The notes below the pieces were generated by a model that saw nothing but the letters and a program-made list of their open reading frames with translations, had not been told where the DNA came from and did no database searches. A stretch of DNA of 63,879 nt, the filler included, from Perkinsus chesapeaki ATCC PRA-425 (taxonomy: Eukaryota > Protista > Perkinsozoa), in NCBI GenBank assembly GCA_013115145.1. It is 11 parts of 11 records of this genome, joined end to end, with 100 filler letters (N's around TTAATTAATTAA, not from the genome) between each part and the next. Parts side by side here need not be neighbours in the genome. Positions count along the whole stretch, not along the records: positions 47,514 to 57,378 come from JAAPAO010000924.1; positions 57,479 to 59,155 come from JAAPAO010001832.1; positions 59,256 to 62,624 come from JAAPAO010001420.1; 8 more parts are not named here. One strand, written 5' to 3'. Both the position numbers and the translations under genes were made by a program. Shown in pieces: positions 49,636-61,269 of this stretch; the first letter of the stretch is position 1, and every line of letters starts with the position of its first letter.

Positions 49636-50982
49636 TTATGGTGGAGTTAACTTAGCGCGTGCCTGAGCGATGGCTTCGGTGATACCCTTTCCTCCAGCAT
49701 CCAACAGCGGTATGTCGGAGTTCGAAACCTTTCTTCCAGATTGAATGATGGTGCCGGTGATACTCTGACCGATAACTCCCAAAGAGGCCAGAACAGCGGC
49801 GACTGCAGCTACATGCGGCGTGGCCATCGAGGTTCCACTCCGGCGCTCATAGGTTCCAGGAACTGTAGAGAGTATGTTAACACCTGGAGCCGCGATATTG
49901 ACGGCAGAACCATAGTTGGAAAACCCGGCGAGGACCACGGGGATATTAGGGCCCGATGTTGTGGCTGCGACACACAGATTAGTGGCGGCATAGGCGCATG
50001 GATATACGGGATTGCTGTCCAACGACAGACGTTCATTGCCTGATGAAGCAACTAATATATGCCCACGAGCTGCTGCGTTGATAATGGCTTGTTCTTCAAG
50101 GTCACTGTGATTCGGATCAGAGTAGGAGTGGGAGGAAATTTGAGCGCCATTGTCAAGCGCGAAGTCAAGTGCACGTAACGTTTCAGCAAGGTTGCCTGAG
50201 CCATCACTACCGAATGACTTCAAGGCCATGACTTCACCGAGGGCTCCGGTAACACTTGCCACACCAATACCGTTATTAGTCTCAGCGGCGATCACTCCCG
50301 CGCAGTGTGTACCATGGCCATTATCGTCAGTTGGGTCATTGTTATTGTTAATAAAGTTATAACCAACAGAACCATCGTTGGGATTCCTCCACAGCTGATT
50401 CACTAAATCGGGGTGCTTGGTGTCAATACCGCTGTCAATAACAGCAACTACAACTTCTTTCAGAGGGTTGATTTGACGGATACTTTCGACTTCATGCCAC
50501 ACATGATTCATCCGTATCAATTCGAGATTAGGCTGGCATGATGATAGCGGATCATAAGTACCGAGTCTAATATTAGCCTTACACTGGTCAATGTTTTGAG
50601 CTCGGCGAAGTGAAGGTCGAACAGGCGCTGTATCAAGGAATACCTCTCTATCAGGCTCTACGAAGCTGACAACGTCCAAAGCATCATGAAGGCTCTTCAT
50701 ATAGTTAGAGATTTGGTCTGTAGTAGCCGGACAATTGGAGTTAATGATTTGTACACCGATAGCAGAGAGATCCTCGACCATATCATCGTTCAGAAGGCAA
50801 TTCTCGAAAATGCGATCTTCATCTGTTAAGCGGCGAGATGTTCCAAAAGCCCTCGCCATCATATTTGGCAATTGGCGGCAATCCAAGGCCTTGCCGCCGT
50901 ACTTCACCATGACCAGAGTACGGTTAGTAGGGGTTGAGGAGACAAGCCCAGCACATATTAGCAACGCGATAGACGATGACAT
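49636..50982 (-). CDS. Subtilisin-like serine protease (S8), intronless, with signal peptide and prodomain
   Basis: Catalytic triad motifs VAVIDSG (D), NGHGTHCAG (H), SGTSMATPHVA (S). Likely start MSSSIALLICAGLVSS at 50982 (the ORF track extends to 51081). Confidence 0.95.
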   Translation of the reverse strand: MSSSIALLICAGLVSSTPTNRTLVMVKYGGKALDCRQLPNMMARAFGTSRRLTDEDRIFENCLLNDDMVEDLSAIGVQIINSNCPATTDQISNYMKSLHDALDVVSFVEPDREVFLDTAPVRPSLRRAQNIDQCKANIRLGTYDPLSSCQPNLELIRMNHVWHEVESIRQINPLKEVVVAVIDSGIDTKHPDLVNQLWRNPNDGSVGYNFINNNNDPTDDNGHGTHCAGVIAAETNNGIGVASVTGALGEVMALKSFGSDGSGNLAETLRALDFALDNGAQISSHSYSDPNHSDLEEQAIINAAARGHILVASSGNERLSLDSNPVYPCAYAATNLCVAATTSGPNIPVVLAGFSNYGSAVNIAAPGVNILSTVPGTYERRSGTSMATPHVAAVAAVLASLGVIGQSITGTIIQSGRKVSNSDIPLLDAGGKGITEAIAQARAKLTPP

Positions 50983-51240
50983 ATGTATAACCGCGGCAGC
51001 AACTGCTTCTGGGGGCGAACTTACGCTTAGCTTAAAAGACCGTGGTTCGAGGGAGCGTGCTTTGCGCGGTGGTTTCTCCACACACTTATGAGAGTTTCTG
51101 CGCTACCTGTAATTTTCATTCATAAAACTTGTAAAGTATCTCAGTGGATCCAAAGTAGATATAAGCCTCTTGTATTTGGTGGTATCTCCAATAGCTCGTA
51201 AGGTTCTAGCGGACTATAGGTCCATACCCGAAGTAAAGTC

Positions 51241-51322
51241 TAGATGCGGAAATCCAAGGCCTTGTCGCCGTACTTCACCATAACCATGGTATGATTACTA
51301 GAGGATGACGAGGTAAGACCAG
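51241..51322 (-). pseudogene. Short fragment of a subtilisin paralog (signal/prodomain start)
   Basis: Reads GLTSSSSSNHTMVMVKYGDKALDFRI-stop vs GLVSSTPTNRTLVMVKYGGKALDCRQ in the intact gene. The nucleotide match to about 50880-50950 is obvious. Confidence 0.75.
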
Positions 51323-52423
51323 AATAAACGAGGTTATATTAAACATAGCAGGCTATTGCTTCAGCTCGTGAAAGCCTTGTTCAACACACTACTGAAAGTG
51401 GTGTTGCTTAAGGTATCAACATCATGCTGCACACTGTATGTTTTCCCTACCTACCCTCATTATTGCTTAGGCGATAGCCAGAGCAACAGTAACTAAGAAC
51501 AACCCCGCCCCTACTGTACCATGACGGTACATGTGCAAATAACAGTTTTCGAAGGATACCTCTACCAGGAGTCTTCACTCGGCTCCGTGTTGCTAAGAAG
51601 CATGGCGTAAACTATGCAGAGGTACAGAAGCGGAAGTAAACTTCTTGGTATTCCCCAGTGGAACTTGGCCGAGACGTTGAATGCACTGAATGGATAAATT
51701 TCTGATGAGAAGCACTTCGCGATTCTCATGTAGACGAGTCTTGAGGCATCCTAGACATGCTTCATGCATAAGTAGTCCTGTGCGTTCAGCTGGAGCCCTT
51801 GTGCAGCCAGTACCGCACTAATGTCTTGCTTCACCTCTATCTGGCATAGACTATAATGGAATAAACTACCTCATTTTCTCGTCAATCCCTTCAAAGATGA
51901 CGGCAATATTATGCGAGGTCAATGAGAAGTTCCCATGAGACGCATATATCTCGATGGTCGTAGGTCGACCGATGAAAGTATGTGCTCTGTGCGATGGCGC
52001 GAATCGAGCCATAGAGTTTGGACATTGAGTGGGCAAGAGCGGCTTCGATGAACCCGGTTCATGTTCAGTTGGCGGAACTGAAGAATGTTTCTGTCCACGT
52101 GGGCACTTTTCTAACCAGAAGGGATCATAGCTGGCGGGTGGTTTTTCCTCTGATCATTCTATTCTCCCAGCGTTGCCATTTCTTTATCTCAACACACAAA
52201 GCAGTATGTGTGACTCACATAGTGCGAGCTTAGAGTCCAACGTCAACAGTGGCTCAGTTGAACTATACATGTGCAACTTCCGAGAGGATTTAATATCTAA
52301 CTGTAAATGGAGAGGACAGATTCTCCAGGTGAAGTACTGAATTATATTGATAATACTTAACTTTGAAGTATAATGGACTCGAATAGGCGTTGAAAACTGT
52401 CTGTAACTCAACTCGGTAAGATG

Positions 52424-52752
52424 TTATGAAAGGTTCAGAATAAGATGGCGTAATACAAAGAAAGCCTCGACTTCACTTGGCCTACAGGGAGGTCCACAAT
52501 ACTCTTCTAGTACAGGGCCGTAGTAGGGCTCATATACCATACTATATATCGCACCATGCACACCATTCATGCTCACCAACAGCAAGTTGTATCGATGAAA
52601 TTGCTGCATTTACGAGTCTCTCTATTACACACACCGGCACCTATGAAGACATTGTTACATGCGGTATCATAGCATTCGATTTGAGCCACTCCTGGCATAT
52701 CCTCTGTCAGTAAGGCGACGAAAAAGACGAGTAGAGTTGCGATGGGTGACAT
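52424..52752 (-). CDS. Small Cys-rich secreted protein (about 100 aa), at least one intron
   Basis: MSPIATLLVFFVALLT..IECYDTACNNVFIGAGVCNRETRKCSNFIDTTCC, a 35-nt intron 52542-52576, then CMVYEPYYGPVLEEYCGPPCRP..; 3' end uncertain. Confidence 0.65.
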
Positions 52753-53485
52753 TGTATGAAGCGGGCCGGGTCAGAGATTGCGGGTAGGCAAAGATAGCAC
52801 TCCGTCGCAGTGTGGGGTTATTCCTCACTAAGCAACCTGTTTACGATACGTATGCACAATTAGGACAATACAGCTATAGCACACAACTACCACGATCGAA
52901 TAACTTTGAAGCCCTCGCATATAGTTTGCTGCATTAGGATCAGCTCTTCGGAGTTCAAGGCTGCTACAGTGGATTCTGACGGGGAAGCCTACATGCAGCG
53001 AAGACTCTACGCCGAAGAGAATAGGCTGTTTGTTGGCAACAAAGTTTGGACTCGCTGCACGCGTTCTATCACAGCTATAGGAGGGCTGACTTCTGAGTAA
53101 GACGTTTTTACCGAACGAGATCGGTCTTGTTGATTCTTGTTAAAGCTTTGTGTGATGCTCGTCCAGTGCGCTCAATTTAAAACAGTGACATGCGCACGCC
53201 ACTCGGAAGTCGCGAAATTTGCGCTGACACGTAGTTCTCCAAATTTACGGTACCGCGTATTTTTTCTTTCGTATAATAGAACGTTTGCAGTCGGCAAAGC
53301 AGCACTATCAACGCCATTAAGCACGATTCTCACTCCCATTGGAGTTGCATCCTTGTGGACATTGCTGCTGATTCAAATGCTAGCCTAGCTCCCAAAATAG
53401 AGTCGTACGATTGTATGGGGGACCGCCATTGGCGGGTTGGTAAGAGATGTGTAACACTTCGATCCGACCTTGTGTATGCGTGCAC

Positions 53486-53570
53486 GGTATTATGAGCAGT
53501 AGCTATATTTTTATATTCCGTCTCGCAAGCTCCTTCTGGCCTTGTGTTCTGCGTATGAGTAAGAATACTG
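53486..53570 (+). repeat. Dispersed repeat, partial copy of the element at 16345-16477
   Basis: About 87% identical (11 differences in 85) to the reverse complement of 16394-16477. Confidence 0.85.
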
Positions 53571-53641
53571 CAAGAGGATGGTCTGCAGCTGAGCGGGTTA
53601 TACTTCGTTGAAGTGTTGGGAGAGAGGGAGATAGCTCACGA

Positions 53642-53690
53642 TAGCTAGCCAAGGTAGCTAGCCAAGGTAGCTAGCCATAGCTCGCCATAG
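53642..53690 (+). repeat. Short tandem repeat, 13-bp unit TAGCTAGCCAAGG plus degenerate copies
   Basis: tagctagccaagg tagctagccaagg tagctagcca tagctcgcca tag read directly. Confidence 0.85.
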
Positions 53691-54121
53691 ACTAGTAGGC
53701 TCTGGGAAGGGACGGAGCACCATCGCACGAGTGCTTCTGCTCCTGACTAGGACGTCCCAACGCCCACTACTGTTGAGCAACTGAGCACGCCCCTTTGAAG
53801 TTCAATACTCGCCCCCGACATACTCCTGAGTGTCACTGAAATCTAGTGTATCGGCGAATCTGCTTCCCTTTCACAACACCAACAGCATTGCCCTACGTTC
53901 GTGAAAGGAGTGAGGATGAAGTGCCCCACTCAGTGGGAACCATCTCGACCTTCGCAGTCGACGAAGACATTCCAGCAATATCTTCTGGTAACATTGTCTG
54001 TGTTTCCTGTAGCAAGAAAGCATTGGTGTATTGTCTGCCGATACATGTCAACTAGTAACTCGAAGCGCTCCCCAGAGAGAAAATTATCTATATGCAGTAC
54101 GTAATTGATTGAGCGTTAAAG

Positions 54122-57100
54122 CTATCTCCTTACAGGTAGGATCGGTGTGCTGCTGATGCGGCTGTTATCAAGAGAATCTCGTCGCATGTACTTGGCAGGG
54201 TCGACCATTATACTCTTGCTTCGATCGTTGGTCTTGCAAATGCCCACGAGGAGATCGGCCAACTCAAACATTGAATTCCTGAAAAAAAACTAACCCGATC
54301 GGGAAGGTAGCCGTAACGTGCGAAATACGTCTCTGAACAGATGACCACACCGGGCTATTCTTGGAAAGTAGGAAAGTTCAAATTCGAAGGCAAATTGGCC
54401 AATTGGAAGACAGGAACACCAACAATGGCAATTGCACCGACTCGACCAACCTGAGAGTTATAATAATGAATTGTGCATTCTGTGTTCGCTCCTTTATATA
54501 ATTGGCGATAATGGCAACATTTCGCTGATCAAGCGCCGCGTCTATCTCGTCCATGAAGTACAGAGGCGTCGGCTTGTAGTAGTGCAATGCGAAAACCAAG
54601 GCCAGTGAAGCTAGAGTTCTCTCACCACCTACCAAATAAGTATCTCATACAACCTCGATAGGAAAAACTAACTCACCGCTGAGGTTAGCGATTTGCTTCC
54701 AACTCTTTCGAGGTGGCCGCACGGAGAAGGATATACCCATGGAGAAAGGATCTTGACCATCCACCAGCTCGAGATCGGCGTCACCACCAAGCGTTATCAT
54801 TTGATACAACTCCTTCAACTTCTCTCGAATCGTATGGAATCCCTGAGGGCTGGTTTGATGCCTCTCGATGGTATTAGGGTTACTGTGAGGAACATTGTGA
54901 GGCGATCGTTCTCCAGCTGCTTGAGGTTATTCCTAACGTCATCTCGTGCCTTGGTAACCTAAGAGACCGCTGCTCATTTCCCCCTCAATCGCATATTTGA
55001 TTAATGCCACAAAATGCTAAATATTTATTGTACCCACGAAGTTCCCCAGTTTTTCATAAAGCTACCTCATCAATGACCGCGTAAAGAGTTACCTCGTCAG
55101 CAAAATGCCCATCACAGCTTTTAATCAGTAGAATAAGAGGAAAGGTAATGCGAAGCTTGTACAAAATTTACGAGCTCGCTTGCTACAACGCAACCAAGGG
55201 ACCATCCTTCCAGGCTTTACGATGTTGCTTACAGCATCTAGCTCGTCCTTTTTCTTTTTATAGTCGGCGGCCTTCTTTTTGTAATCTTCTATCGCCCTAG
55301 TGTTCGGTTGCATCTTTTGAATCTCATCCTCCAAAGCGAAGACCATCGATTTTATCGATGACTGGAAAACCACAACAGTATTCAACAACAGAGTGGAGCA
55401 GCCTTAGGGACTACCACACCACTCTCTATCAAACGTAATAATATGCTGATATTATTTTTCACTAAGGAGCTGACAACATATACCCATAATATATGTTAGT
55501 GCTTCCAAACGAGGCAAGTCGATTCATCCCTCACACCCTCACCAAGGCTTTCTCCACAGCTGCGAGTTCCTCCCCGCTAAGATCCACAAGAACAGCTCTT
55601 CCCAGCGTTCGAAGGTCATCATTATCAGCTTCATGCTCAGACATGATAGCATCTTCCTCATCAGGCTCCTTTACTTTCTCTGGAGTTTGCTCTGGTGTCT
55701 CTCTCGGTAGCGACGGACTTGACCCATGGCGTGCTGGTGATGTAACAGGAGTGCCCCTTTGTGTTGGCTGTGGTGGCGGATTGTGAGCCGCAGAATCGTG
55801 CTAACAGATCACAATCGAGCGAGTGGGCGACGCCATCCTAACCTCGAGCTCCTCGAATAGAAGCGCTGTCGGCAGGTCGTTCCACTCCTTCTTCAGTGTT
55901 GCCAACTCTTTACTGTGATGCCGAGAGGCCTCCTCGTGCTGTCTGACTTTGTTGCTCCTGAAGATGTTAAATGCCTTGTCATCCTGGTCTGCGGGAGTTC
56001 ACTTCTCCTCATAATTTATTTTGAGGTCCTCCTCTCTCTTCCTGACCTCCTGGTGCTCGTCACGTATCTGAACAAAATCAGTGATGCCTAATCCTGCTCA
56101 TTTGCCGAGAATTTTCTCATACAGCGCGCAAGCGAGGATCGTGTCCGCGCCCGATGTACCTAGTTTTGTACCTAGCAACCATGCCTGGATGGATAATAAC
56201 CAAGTTGAGCTCTACGAAATACGTCGCACCAGAGCGAAAAAATGCAGTAGTTTAATAGGAACAACGTTACTAGTGCGAAATATGTTACTCTCCTGAACTT
56301 GTAATATGCCTAATTGCGCAACAAGTCTCTAGTCCATGGGTCTCTAAGACCCCCTGTTCCCCTTCTTCTTGCACACCTTTTTGACGTTATCCTTCAACTT
56401 TTCCAACTCATCCTCATGTTCTTTCTTCTCGTTCAACAGTTGGTTGTACTCCGCCAATATCTCCAGCACGACAGGCTCTAATCTAACCAGAACAACAACA
56501 GGCCATCATCAAATACCCGACTTTGTAATATGCCTGATGGCACAGCAAGCCCCTTTTCATTATCAACTAGTACACACACTAACTCCACATAGCTATATAA
56601 GTTGCTCGCACCATTACTATTAGTAATAATAACGGTAGCGAAAGGCCGTTGACTACAACACCGAAGCCGCGAGAAACCCAAGCCTCACTTCTCCGTCTCA
56701 GCTCGATGCTTTTCCTCCTCGTTCTTCAACGAATCTATATCCTTCCGCAAGTGTTCGGCCTCCTTCAACGCCTTCTCCGCATTTTCGCGAGCCTTCCGAA
56801 TCCTTACCGTCAACTGAATACCCACCCGCTACCAATTTTGTGGCGCGCGAGAATTACTCGTCGCTTTTCGGCTCGTTTTTCTTCCAGCGTCTTCTTCAAA
56901 AGTTCCATTTTTTGTTTTTGCGCCCGAGTTTTGTCCCCTTCCGATCTCAATATTGTGTCCTTCAGCTTCTGTATTGCCTCCATTAGATTCTTCACACCTT
57001 CTTGAATCTGCGCTCTCCGATACAGTAGAGAGAAGACCCTCATATACCCACCTCGTTCAGCTCCCCTTGTTTTTCCTCTATCTTTTCGTCGAGATCGGCG

Positions 57101-57290
57101 AGTTTGTTCTTTTCACCGTCGGTCAGTTCGGGACAGACAACCGCGGCCAACTGCTGGTCGAATCTGCCCGAGGTCACTGCGTGCCACGAGAAGGTGTCGC
57201 ATCACTTACTGCTGGATGGAGAGTTTTATGGCATCGAGGTCTACCGGTTGCTGTTGTCGTTGTTCGTGATCAGCGAGGGTCTGGAGAGGA
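54122..57290 (-). CDS. SMC4: Condensin subunit SMC4, C-terminal half, multi-exon; 5' part cut by linker, stop position approximate
   Basis: GGDAELELVDGQDPFSMGISFSVRPPRKSWKQIANLSG|GERTLASLALVFALHYYKPTPLYFMDEIDAALD..KERTQNAQFIIITLR|NSMFELADLLVGI, preceded by MQPNTRAIEDY and coiled-coil exons. Confidence 0.93.
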
Positions 57291-57305
57291 GACCAAACGT
57301 AAAGG

Positions 57306-57378
57306 GGAAGTGGAGGCATAAAAATAATATATAAATGTAATGAGGAAGTGGAGGCATAAAAATAATATATAAATGTAA
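57306..57378 (+). repeat. Tandem repeat with 38-bp period at contig end
   Basis: ggaagtggaggcataaaaataatatataaatgtaa at 57306-57340 and 57344-57378. Confidence 0.9.
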
Positions 57379-57664
57379 NNNNNNNNNNNNNNNNNNNNNN
57401 NNNNNNNNNNNNNNNNNNNNNNTTAATTAATTAANNNNNNNNNNNNNNNNNNNNNNNNNNNNNNNNNNNNNNNNNNNNGCATACCCCTCTCTCCTATATT
57501 AAGAATTTACTGTACTAAAAGCGGCTTGCGCACAACGACAACGCACAACGTTGAAGTTCGACGGTCGAATATGGAGTGTAATATGCCGATAGCTCTCTTA
57601 TGTGAGCGAAATCAGCACGTATATTTAATTAAAAAAAGTCAGCGTATCAGCTCGGTGCCGGAAA

Positions 57665-59123
57665 TTATTCCTTCCCGCTTTCCTCGCTAGCGTCGAGTTC
57701 GTAAGCGTCAGCAACGCGTTCCCGTTCAAAGTCCGAAGCGGATGTTGCTGAGAGCTCTGGGCGAGGCTTGACAGAGAGTATACGATCTACGACCTGGGAC
57801 ACATCATACTTTGTCTGCCTTCGCTGTGCCTCGGCTGTCTTCTTTCTCCTGCATCCCGTATAGGTCGGTGGCATTCGGCGTATTGAATCGGACAAGAACT
57901 TGTCGAGTGATTCATGCGACAAGCCTAGCCGATTCCATGCTATGAAACTCTCTTCTGCCATGCGTTCATGCTTCAAGTGGCGTCCGGGGTCGATACTGTT
58001 AAGAGTGCTGCACATGGCTTCCACTACCGATTCATTATAGCTTTTCATGCTTAACGAAGCGATGAAAAATAGGATATCTACTATACCCGAGTAATAATCC
58101 AACGAACTGTGAAACCGTTCCCCAGAGGAGAGCCATGTCCAGCTTACCCTCCTCGTTGAGCCAGCGCTCGGACGACCTACATAGTCGTTCCACTAAGGTA
58201 TCATACTGCACAGATAGTGACTCTATGTGCAAATCATGGGAAACGCAATCTATCACCGAGTCTCCTATAATGGAGAGAAGCTCGAGCGAATCCAGAGCAC
58301 CTGCCACTTCAGGACAGTTAACATCCTCCAATGATTGATCGATTTCGGACAAGATGGATTCCGAGTCGACAACGCTACATAATAGTGCTTTTCCGCTGAA
58401 AAGCTTTGAAGCAGCAACCAACCAAGTCGGTAGAGAGCCGAGTATGCGGTCCCTAAGGCTTGCGATAAGCTGGCGAAGCCACGCTTCCATGAATTCCGTG
58501 GCGACTCTTAAACGGACGGGGCTGACCCTCTCGAAACATGTTTCCTACCATTGTCCTCCGCTGGTAGCACTGTTGAACTTGGCGAGACCGAGAGAGGGAA
58601 GGACATCTATATTTAAAAAAGTGCTATGGACTGCGGTAGACTCGTCGACTTTCCCAAGTTCTTCAGCAAGGATCGACAGAGACTCAGCTGCAATGATGAG
58701 CTTGTCTCGTAATGTCGAGACGCCTGCAGCCACTTGCCAAGGTCTCAGATTGACAGTCTGGGCAGTTCCCGAGGTTTTCGCTATGAGATCCATGACGTCG
58801 AGTGCAACCAAGAACTTCAGCATCCAGTCGGCTTTCAGAATACCACTCAGTGATGGGACTGTAGCGAGGAGTGCATAATTCTGTGAAAAATTATTATACA
58901 CTCGATGTTCTGAGGCAGCCCAGCGGGTCGGACAGAAGCCCGTCGGTGTGTAAAATCGCTGACCAGTACGCTCGGCAATCTCGGCGATTTCTTCATACTG
59001 TCTACCATGCCGAGAAGGCATGAACTCGTGAAGTTGCCTGCGAAGATTCGTCACGCCACGGTTGGCATCATTACCAGGGTTGTACATCCTCGGGAACAAT
59101 TGGTCATTGTTCCTATGTTCCAT
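57665..59123 (-). mobile_element. Decayed hAT-family transposase, C-terminal part
   Basis: CPTRWAASEHRV (TRW motif) and a C-terminal dimerisation-like SYNESVVEAMCSTLN..ESFIAWN. In-frame TAG at 58545-58547 and a +1 frameshift in the C run at 58120-58123 (restoring it gives LLWERFHSSLDYY). Confidence 0.75.
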
Positions 59124-59429
59124 GTTCCCGGGAATGTTCCCGGGAACAATATGGGNNNNNNNNNNNNNNNNNNNNNNNNNNNNNNNNNNNNNNNNNNNNT
59201 TAATTAATTAANNNNNNNNNNNNNNNNNNNNNNNNNNNNNNNNNNNNNNNNNNNNGGTGGGAGGATGTTGCACTGGGCGCACGCCCTTTTAATCGATGTC
59301 CAACATACTTGGATTGTCGTGTTAACACGAACCGAGATAGTAGCGCGATGTCGTTTGTGCAAATTGCATGAATCGATCGATATTACATGTCCTGGGGGAC
59401 TCAGATTAGCTTCCAATTCAGTTATATTG

Positions 59430-59760
59430 TCTACTCTTGGTCCTGGTCACCTGTGTCTCTAGAGTGGGCATCCATTGCAGGGGTCTCACACTTCTATCCG
59501 TTCTGCATGTCCGCATGCCCGGGTGTAGGTAATGTCCGCAAGGGTTCATGATATGGGGTGCGCTCCTCAACATCTTTGCTCGAATTAATCTCTACTAGCT
59601 CGAATTGTTAGTCGATAGTCTACTCTTGGTCACCTGTGTCTCTTGAACGGGCATCCATTGCAGGGGTCTCACACTTCTACCCGTTCTGCCTATCCGCATG
59701 CCCGGGTGTAGGTAGTGTCCGCAGGGGTTCATGATATGGGGTGCTTCCTCACACCTTCTT
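59430..59760 (+). repeat. Two-copy direct repeat, about 140 bp
   Basis: 59430-59576 and 59619-59760 share tctactcttggtc..gggcatccattgcaggggtctcacacttcta..ccgcatgcccgggtgtaggta..gggttcatgatatggggtgc, with scattered substitutions and a 5-bp indel. Confidence 0.92.
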
Positions 59761-60700
59761 CAGTTGAAGACTTCAACTTGAAGTCTGTTAGCCGGAGCTG
59801 CGGGCTACCCACACCCTTTCTCAAGGACACGACAGACGGGCCAGGGGCCCGGGGTCAACGATGGGACCCAACTCTGCGTGGGTCCGCGGGAGCCTCCCGT
59901 CGGGTGGGACTTGCTGAGGGTCTCGTGTTTTCCTCTCCGGAACTCGAGCAGTGCTCGGATGCGGCGGGGGGCGAAGGCCCCGTCAGTCAGAAGTCCGCCC
60001 CCCTGTAGGGGGGGCAAGATACATCGTAATTATACGTGTGGGGTCGGTACACTTCTCGTTCTTATGAGCACGGGATGTCCCACGGCAGAAGTGCGTCGCA
60101 AACCAATAAACAATGTTTATTGAACACCCAATTTCACGTGGGGAAGACACATCGTGGATATGATATCTATCGGATGGTTCGACATTGTTCACAATGAGCA
60201 GTGTTAGTGAATAATACCGGCGAGCTACCATCGCTCACGCATACGCATCTCTCCACCGATTTAACGATGTTTCAGATGTGCGCCCGACTCTCCCCAACCA
60301 AATCCAATGCGCCAATAGCCTCTATTTCCAGCGAGCCGCTGAACAAAACGGTGCGCACAATTTCAAATTTTGTATGGGCTTCTCCCTAGATGTGCTCGAT
60401 ATGATACGGAGGAAGCCACTGGCTTCAAGCCAGGACTTCCGGCACCGAATCGGTGTCACCAACGCAGCATAATATAAATAATAGTTTAACTATAATTATT
60501 AAATTATTCATTAATAATTTGAAAAATATTTCAACTGGTTCACGTAATCGTTGTGCCCCTTCAGCGGAAAGTCATGCCCCCACCTAGCCCCCCTTCAGCT
60601 GGTCGGTCTGGCCGAGGCCCTCGAGCGCTGTGCTCGGAGTGCTCGACGAGCACTCCGCCGGGTGTCAGGAACCACCCACACGTTGTAGGGGTGCCCCTCT

Positions 60701-60722
60701 CTGACGATTCGTCAGTGACGAA
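60701..60722. repeat. 22-bp A/A'/A footprint (perfect), inferred target ctgacgaa
   Basis: c-tgacga-t-tcgtca-g-tgacga-a. Confidence 0.9.
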
Positions 60723-61216
60723 CCTTCCCCAGAGGGTCTGAGTCGGGGCAGACAGAGCTTTGTCGTCCTTTCAACCTCACGAGTTCTCCCCTGTTACTTT
60801 CTTCTTTTGCTGACGCGGCAGCCATCACTCAAGTGGCCGAGGACTTACACATTACTAGGTGACATTAGTGAAGTTCCGGTATACAGCATCCTCAAAGACG
60901 AGCGCCCTGCTTTCAAGCAGCTGGTGGTCTCCTCAGCTGATAAGCTCTTTGCAGGTCAACCACAACCTCCCCAGGTTCCCCTTCCCACCATTAAACTCAG
61001 GGTTGGAGCCTATGTCAGGCTATGTGCATCTGTCCGACAAAACGACTACGGAGGCAGTCAAATCTCTAGGGGCAACTGCGTATGTCGCACAGTTCACGTC
61101 TACATGGTGTTTCAATTCGATATGCAAATGACCAAATATCGATTATCTCGCGCCGTAGACCAGTTAAGTATGCCAAACTCAGATGGCATGTGTATTTTCA
61201 CTTGGAGTCTCCATCG

Positions 61217-61269
61217 GATCGATATCGCATTGGATTCTCCAACTTGGAGAATCCAATGCGATATCGATC
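61217..61269. repeat. Perfect 53-bp palindrome (26-1-26)
   Basis: gatcgatatcgcattggattctccaa c ttggagaatccaatgcgatatcgatc; the arms are exact reverse complements. Confidence 0.97.

Noticed and set aside
51500-52100. Stop-interrupted minus-strand reading frames between the subtilisin and the Cys-rich gene; similar decayed frames at 16760-16965, 18183-18890, 45850-46700 and 48660-49190
   Set aside because: Probably gene or element remnants, but no family could be recognised.
44030-58547. Two in-frame TAG codons (44030-44032, 58545-58547) as evidence of stop-codon reassignment
   Set aside because: TAG is the genuine terminator of intact genes here (e.g. cathepsin 2728-2730, ORF end 4286-4288). 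One case is in a transposase that also has a frameshift.
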